Of a stretch of DNA of 27,888 bases, positions 24,111 through 27,888 are shown piece after piece; position 1 is the first letter of the stretch, and the number at the start of each line of letters is the position of its first letter. The position numbers were made by a program, and so were the translations under genes. The stretch spans positions 1-27,888 of IMG/VR virus record IMGVR_UViG_3300031519_000169; one strand, written 5' to 3'. The stretch is from a virus (lineage: Duplodnaviria; Caudoviricetes). The notes under the pieces are model-generated. The model was not told the DNA's origin. It worked only from the letters and a program-made list of their open reading frames with translations, and searched no databases.

Positions 24111-24488
24111 CTAAATATCCTCTGGCTCTAATAAAGCCTTTTCTATCTCTTCTATATCAGTTAAATGTGTAGGGTGGTATGTAACCCAAACACAATCTGT
24201 TTCAGCGTATATAACACGCTTAGTCTGTGGAATTGTTTCTCCCATAAAAGGTGCTTCAATATCCAAATTACCAAACTGGCTAGACACCTTACATCTGCCC
24301 TTTACTACTGTATACAAGTGTGTAGTCTTGTGTAATGCTCCTACTAAACAAACACCAGCAGGAATAAACAACTCTCTTGCATACAATCCTTCACTAAAAT
24401 GATGCTTTACCTCTAGCTCTAGTGTATCGCCTTTTAGCATTAAAGTCTGTAGCTTTACTATGTCGTCTTGCGTTGTTACTTCATTCAA
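24111..24488 (-). CDS. Cupin-like protein
   Basis: HHFSEGLYARELFIPAG..LVG..HK..H...V.KG and KRVIYA..D..W..YH motifs. Confidence 0.75.
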   Translation of the reverse strand: MNEVTTQDDIVKLQTLMLKGDTLELEVKHHFSEGLYARELFIPAGVCLVGALHKTTHLYTVVKGRCKVSSQFGNLDIEAPFMGETIPQTKRVIYAETDCVWVTYHPTHLTDIEEIEKALLEPEDI

Positions 24489-27325
24489 GAAGACTCTACC
24501 TCGTATTCAATAGCCTGTATGTGGAATGGCGTAGGTTCAGGTACAGTAATTATAGGCTGTACTTCAATATCCCAACCATTGCCACTGTTCTCACCTTGTA
24601 TAACACCTGTCTGTTCAGGCAAGTTTTCGTTTAATGGAGAGTCAGCCGTTCCTCCAAACTGTCTAATAGAAACAGGATTGTCATCAATGTACACGCCAGA
24701 ACTCTTGTAAACTCTTAGGTTAATACGAGTAATCTTCTTTTGCCGCATCTGGTTCTGACCAGCAGGAGCCGCAGTATTTAAAGGCATACTCTTAATCTTA
24801 GGTATAAAGTTATACCCTACCTCTACGTCAATAACACCAGTAGCAGGGTCTTGCTCAAGGATAAATAATTTCTCAGCATCAGTTAAGGCAATGTATCCTG
24901 AACCGCCAAAATCTATTTGTACTACACGCTTTGGAAGTGTCGTTCCTCTTGCCACCACACTAACTGTTTCTCCGTTTAAATGGTTTGAAGCCAAATATAA
25001 ATTGTTCCCAATAAGGCTAGTACTGCTTAAAAGTCTAACAGAAGAATCCATTAAGTAATCAAAATCCCACTTTTCTACTGTATAGGTAGTAGTAGTATCG
25101 GTAGTTCTTTTGTTCACTAAAAACAAATCATTCTTAACAACAGATACAGATACAGTCTTAAGAGGGTATGCAGTGCTAGTGTCTCCATTAATCCATTTAG
25201 TAAAACCATTAATGTCTTGTGATCTAAGCGTATTAAGAATTGCTGAAGTTCCATCTTGATTAACAATAAATACCCAGTTAGCATCTTCTGATAATGACCC
25301 TGCTAAAATACCTAAGTCTGCTGGGTTATCTATAAGTTGTGAAGACAATACAGATATGTCCGTACTGTTATAAGCATCTTCATTAAAGTTGTACAAGTAT
25401 GATCGTAATGTCCTACCATTTTGGTCAACAAATAATGTAGCGCCATCTACTGATTTAACTTCTAAAGTAGCCGCGCCATGCTGTGTTTGCGCTTGAATAG
25501 AAATGTCAGCAGGAGTAGAGCCATTAACTACAAACTCCGCACCAGCAGTAAATACTTGCAAACCGCGATCAGGATTAATATCAATAATTTCTGTAAGCTG
25601 TCTTGACGATATGGTTGTAAATATACCCTCGTCAGCATCGCCCTCTTCAGTATAGAAATCAAAAAACGAACTAGACCTAGAAGCAAACAAACTTTGCAGT
25701 TTAGACTTTGTACCACCAAACCATAACCGTCCTTCATGGAATGCGGCAGTCTTAGGAAATCCTCTAGTCGTAGACCATACATCTTCTTTACGAGGTGATC
25801 CTTGTTGACTTAAAACAAAAGCTACTGTATTTGCAGTTCCTCCACTATCTGAGGTTGCAAACCCTGACCACAACTCAAAAGATTTTGTAGATTCGCCAGA
25901 AACAGTAATAACAAATACAGCAGGGCCGCCTGTAACAGCAATACCTGTATCACCAAATATAGGCATTTCTTGAAGGTTTCTTTGTATGTTAGCCGCTGAA
26001 GATGCAGAACTTCCAGTTAAAGTAATGTTTTTACTTAACACACCTTCTACATCAATTTGAAATCTATCGCCTACAGAAAAATGGCCTAACGTCATTGTGG
26101 TTATATAATCTGTAGGTGTAGGGCTTTGTGAATCATCATAATCATATTGAGGAACATTAAGAAAAGGAATGTCATCAATAGCAAACACATTACCACTTGT
26201 GTTTATAATTCTTTTAGACGCATGATCTTCATGGAACATTAACATGACGTTTTCAGTCTGCACATCGCGTACTGCGGCTACCTCAGAAGATTTAAAAGGC
26301 AATGGCAGATAAGCTACAGGAACAAAGTTAAACGTTTGGTCTGTTACTCTGTAGATAGACATATTGCCATAAGAAGGTGTAGTCTCAGCGCCTCCAGTAA
26401 CAACGCATAAATAGTGTCTGTTTGTCTCAACACTAAAGTCAAATGTCTTAACATCTGAGGCTTCTGATGTTGGGTACAAAACATTAAACTCACTTAACTG
26501 AATTTTTAAAGTACCTAAATCACCAGTATCTTCAAATCTAACTATTCTATAATATTGACCAATAAACGTATCAGACAGACGAATACGATAAGATTGCTCT
26601 ACTTCTGTAACAGTAAGAGTCTTAACAGTAATAAAAGAAGAACCATCGCCAGAAACTTGCACTCTAAATTGACCAGAGCCAGTGCCAGTTAGCTTTATGT
26701 CTTTAACATCTATAAACTGACCTCTATTAGTTGTTCCCAAAACATTATAAGCCGCAACAACATATTCAGCATCTGCGCCAGTTTGTCCTGTTGTACCTAA
26801 TACACCAAGAGAAGTAGTTGTTAGTCCTACGGTTGTTCGATCAAAGTCATTAATATTAGCTACAGTTCCACCGCGAGGCATAGTTGCAGTAAATGTTGTA
26901 AAAGCAGAATAGGTAAGATTAGGAGTGCTAACTGTTTTGACAAGAGTGCCACTAGCAGTAGGATCATTAGTTCCAACCGTTCTTTCTGCGTAAACAGTAT
27001 ATGGTAGACTTGATCCAGTATAAGAAATAATTTTAAACGTAGAAGAATTATTTGTATATGTGCTTAAAACAAGAGGCAAGCCAGTAGTAACAGTAAAGCT
27101 AAATAATTGCCCTACTCCAGCAGACAGAAAAGGCTTAATTATTTTTTCTGCTACGTCTACATGCTGAGTCCCTGCTCTACGCTTTAAACCGCCTTGTGGG
27201 ACGATTAAAACATTCTCGGCAGTCTCCATACCCTGATAGTATTGATCTAGGTCTACACGACCTTTAAGTAGGGGCGATAGCTCTCCGCTTACAAACGAGC
27301 TTTGCATGAACTTAGACTTTGGCAT
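24485..27325 (-). CDS. Tail nozzle (tubular protein B-like)
   Basis: SFVSGELSP.L.GRVD...Y, N....QGGL.RRAGT and FP....FHEGRLWFGG motifs. 946 aa. Confidence 0.88.
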   Translation of the reverse strand: MPKSKFMQSSFVSGELSPLLKGRVDLDQYYQGMETAENVLIVPQGGLKRRAGTQHVDVAEKIIKPFLSAGVGQLFSFTVTTGLPLVLSTYTNNSSTFKIISYTGSSLPYTVYAERTVGTNDPTASGTLVKTVSTPNLTYSAFTTFTATMPRGGTVANINDFDRTTVGLTTTSLGVLGTTGQTGADAEYVVAAYNVLGTTNRGQFIDVKDIKLTGTGSGQFRVQVSGDGSSFITVKTLTVTEVEQSYRIRLSDTFIGQYYRIVRFEDTGDLGTLKIQLSEFNVLYPTSEASDVKTFDFSVETNRHYLCVVTGGAETTPSYGNMSIYRVTDQTFNFVPVAYLPLPFKSSEVAAVRDVQTENVMLMFHEDHASKRIINTSGNVFAIDDIPFLNVPQYDYDDSQSPTPTDYITTMTLGHFSVGDRFQIDVEGVLSKNITLTGSSASSAANIQRNLQEMPIFGDTGIAVTGGPAVFVITVSGESTKSFELWSGFATSDSGGTANTVAFVLSQQGSPRKEDVWSTTRGFPKTAAFHEGRLWFGGTKSKLQSLFASRSSSFFDFYTEEGDADEGIFTTISSRQLTEIIDINPDRGLQVFTAGAEFVVNGSTPADISIQAQTQHGAATLEVKSVDGATLFVDQNGRTLRSYLYNFNEDAYNSTDISVLSSQLIDNPADLGILAGSLSEDANWVFIVNQDGTSAILNTLRSQDINGFTKWINGDTSTAYPLKTVSVSVVKNDLFLVNKRTTDTTTTYTVEKWDFDYLMDSSVRLLSSTSLIGNNLYLASNHLNGETVSVVARGTTLPKRVVQIDFGGSGYIALTDAEKLFILEQDPATGVIDVEVGYNFIPKIKSMPLNTAAPAGQNQMRQKKITRINLRVYKSSGVYIDDNPVSIRQFGGTADSPLNENLPEQTGVIQGENSGNGWDIEVQPIITVPEPTPFHIQAIEYEVESS

Positions 27326-27327
27326 AA

Positions 27328-27885
27328 CTAGCGCCTTACGTTAATAAAGGGACGATCAGTTATAGGCACTACAGGATATTGTTGGGAATCTGTAAATCTT
27401 GCCATGCGAGAAGCATTAAGATACTGCCTAGCATTGTTTTCCATAGAAGCCGCGCTGTCACGAATAGAAGGTGCAAAGTCCATAGCGAGTGCGTACTCAA
27501 TCATCTTAGAGAAGTAAACAGGCCATGTGGATTCTGGAGCGTTATAAATGTAATCAGCAAATATCGCAGAGCTTGCATTGCAATACAGCTTGTCACCGTA
27601 TAGTCCGTATGGGACTTGAGGATTAATTGTAATGAGGAATAATAGATCAGCAGGAAGTTGGTAAATGGATTGCCATTCAGTGCCTACTGGTGTTTCAACT
27701 GTTAGGTCTAGCTGTGCTTTTTTCCTAGCAAACCCCCAACGAAACTTGGTTAGCTCATTCTGTACAATGTTGTCATACAGATTGTTAGCTACAGTTTGTG
27801 CGCGAGAATTGCCCTCTAAAGAAGTGATAGGCAAATCGCCAATTAAAATTAATGCATTAGAGATTAATTGGATTTTACTAGCCAT
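27328..27885 (-). CDS. Tail adaptor (tubular protein A-like)
   Basis: I.NAL..IG..PITSL, W.FA and YQLP.D motifs, directly upstream of the nozzle gene. Confidence 0.85.
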   Translation of the reverse strand: MASKIQLISNALILIGDLPITSLEGNSRAQTVANNLYDNIVQNELTKFRWGFARKKAQLDLTVETPVGTEWQSIYQLPADLLFLITINPQVPYGLYGDKLYCNASSAIFADYIYNAPESTWPVYFSKMIEYALAMDFAPSIRDSAASMENNARQYLNASRMARFTDSQQYPVVPITDRPFINVRR

Positions 27886-27888
27886 AAC

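Noticed and set aside
378-27603. Many short antisense or nested ORFs in the track (e.g. 413-703, 4656-4898, 5318-5545, 11130-11366, 13749-14009, 23722-24048)
   Set aside because: They shadow well-supported genes and lack RBSs or recognisable motifs.
1-27888. tRNA genes or stop-codon recoding
   Set aside because: I saw no cloverleaf in the intergenic gaps, and genes tile densely under the standard code using all three stops.

Overview
The window is most of the genome of a tailed dsDNA phage, probably a marine podovirus. Its virion module is T7-like in order (minus strand, 13.3-27.9 kb): tail adaptor, tail nozzle, a cupin, three internal/ejection proteins, then three tail fibre/spike proteins. 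A peptidase-M15 lysis cassette follows. The early region is lambdoid, with divergent sigma70 promoters, a Cro-like HTH, an O-like initiator with internal iterons, NinB/NinG-like genes and Sak-exonuclease-SSB. TerS and TerL lie at the left end. No portal, capsid, integrase, CI-size repressor, DNA polymerase or RNA polymerase gene is visible; portal and capsid probably lie outside the window. The most interesting signal is a ~150-nt promoter-to-terminator unit at 10755-10903 that looks like a structured small RNA. Its single-stranded 3' segment is complementary to the ribosome-binding sites of the early genes, including a thrice-repeated gene-junction element at 3447-3849. Its terminator is fused to an extended -10 promoter for a probably leaderless operon of three small basic proteins, which share a K-S-[LM]-L motif. 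All protein calls come from motif recognition by eye, not database searches.
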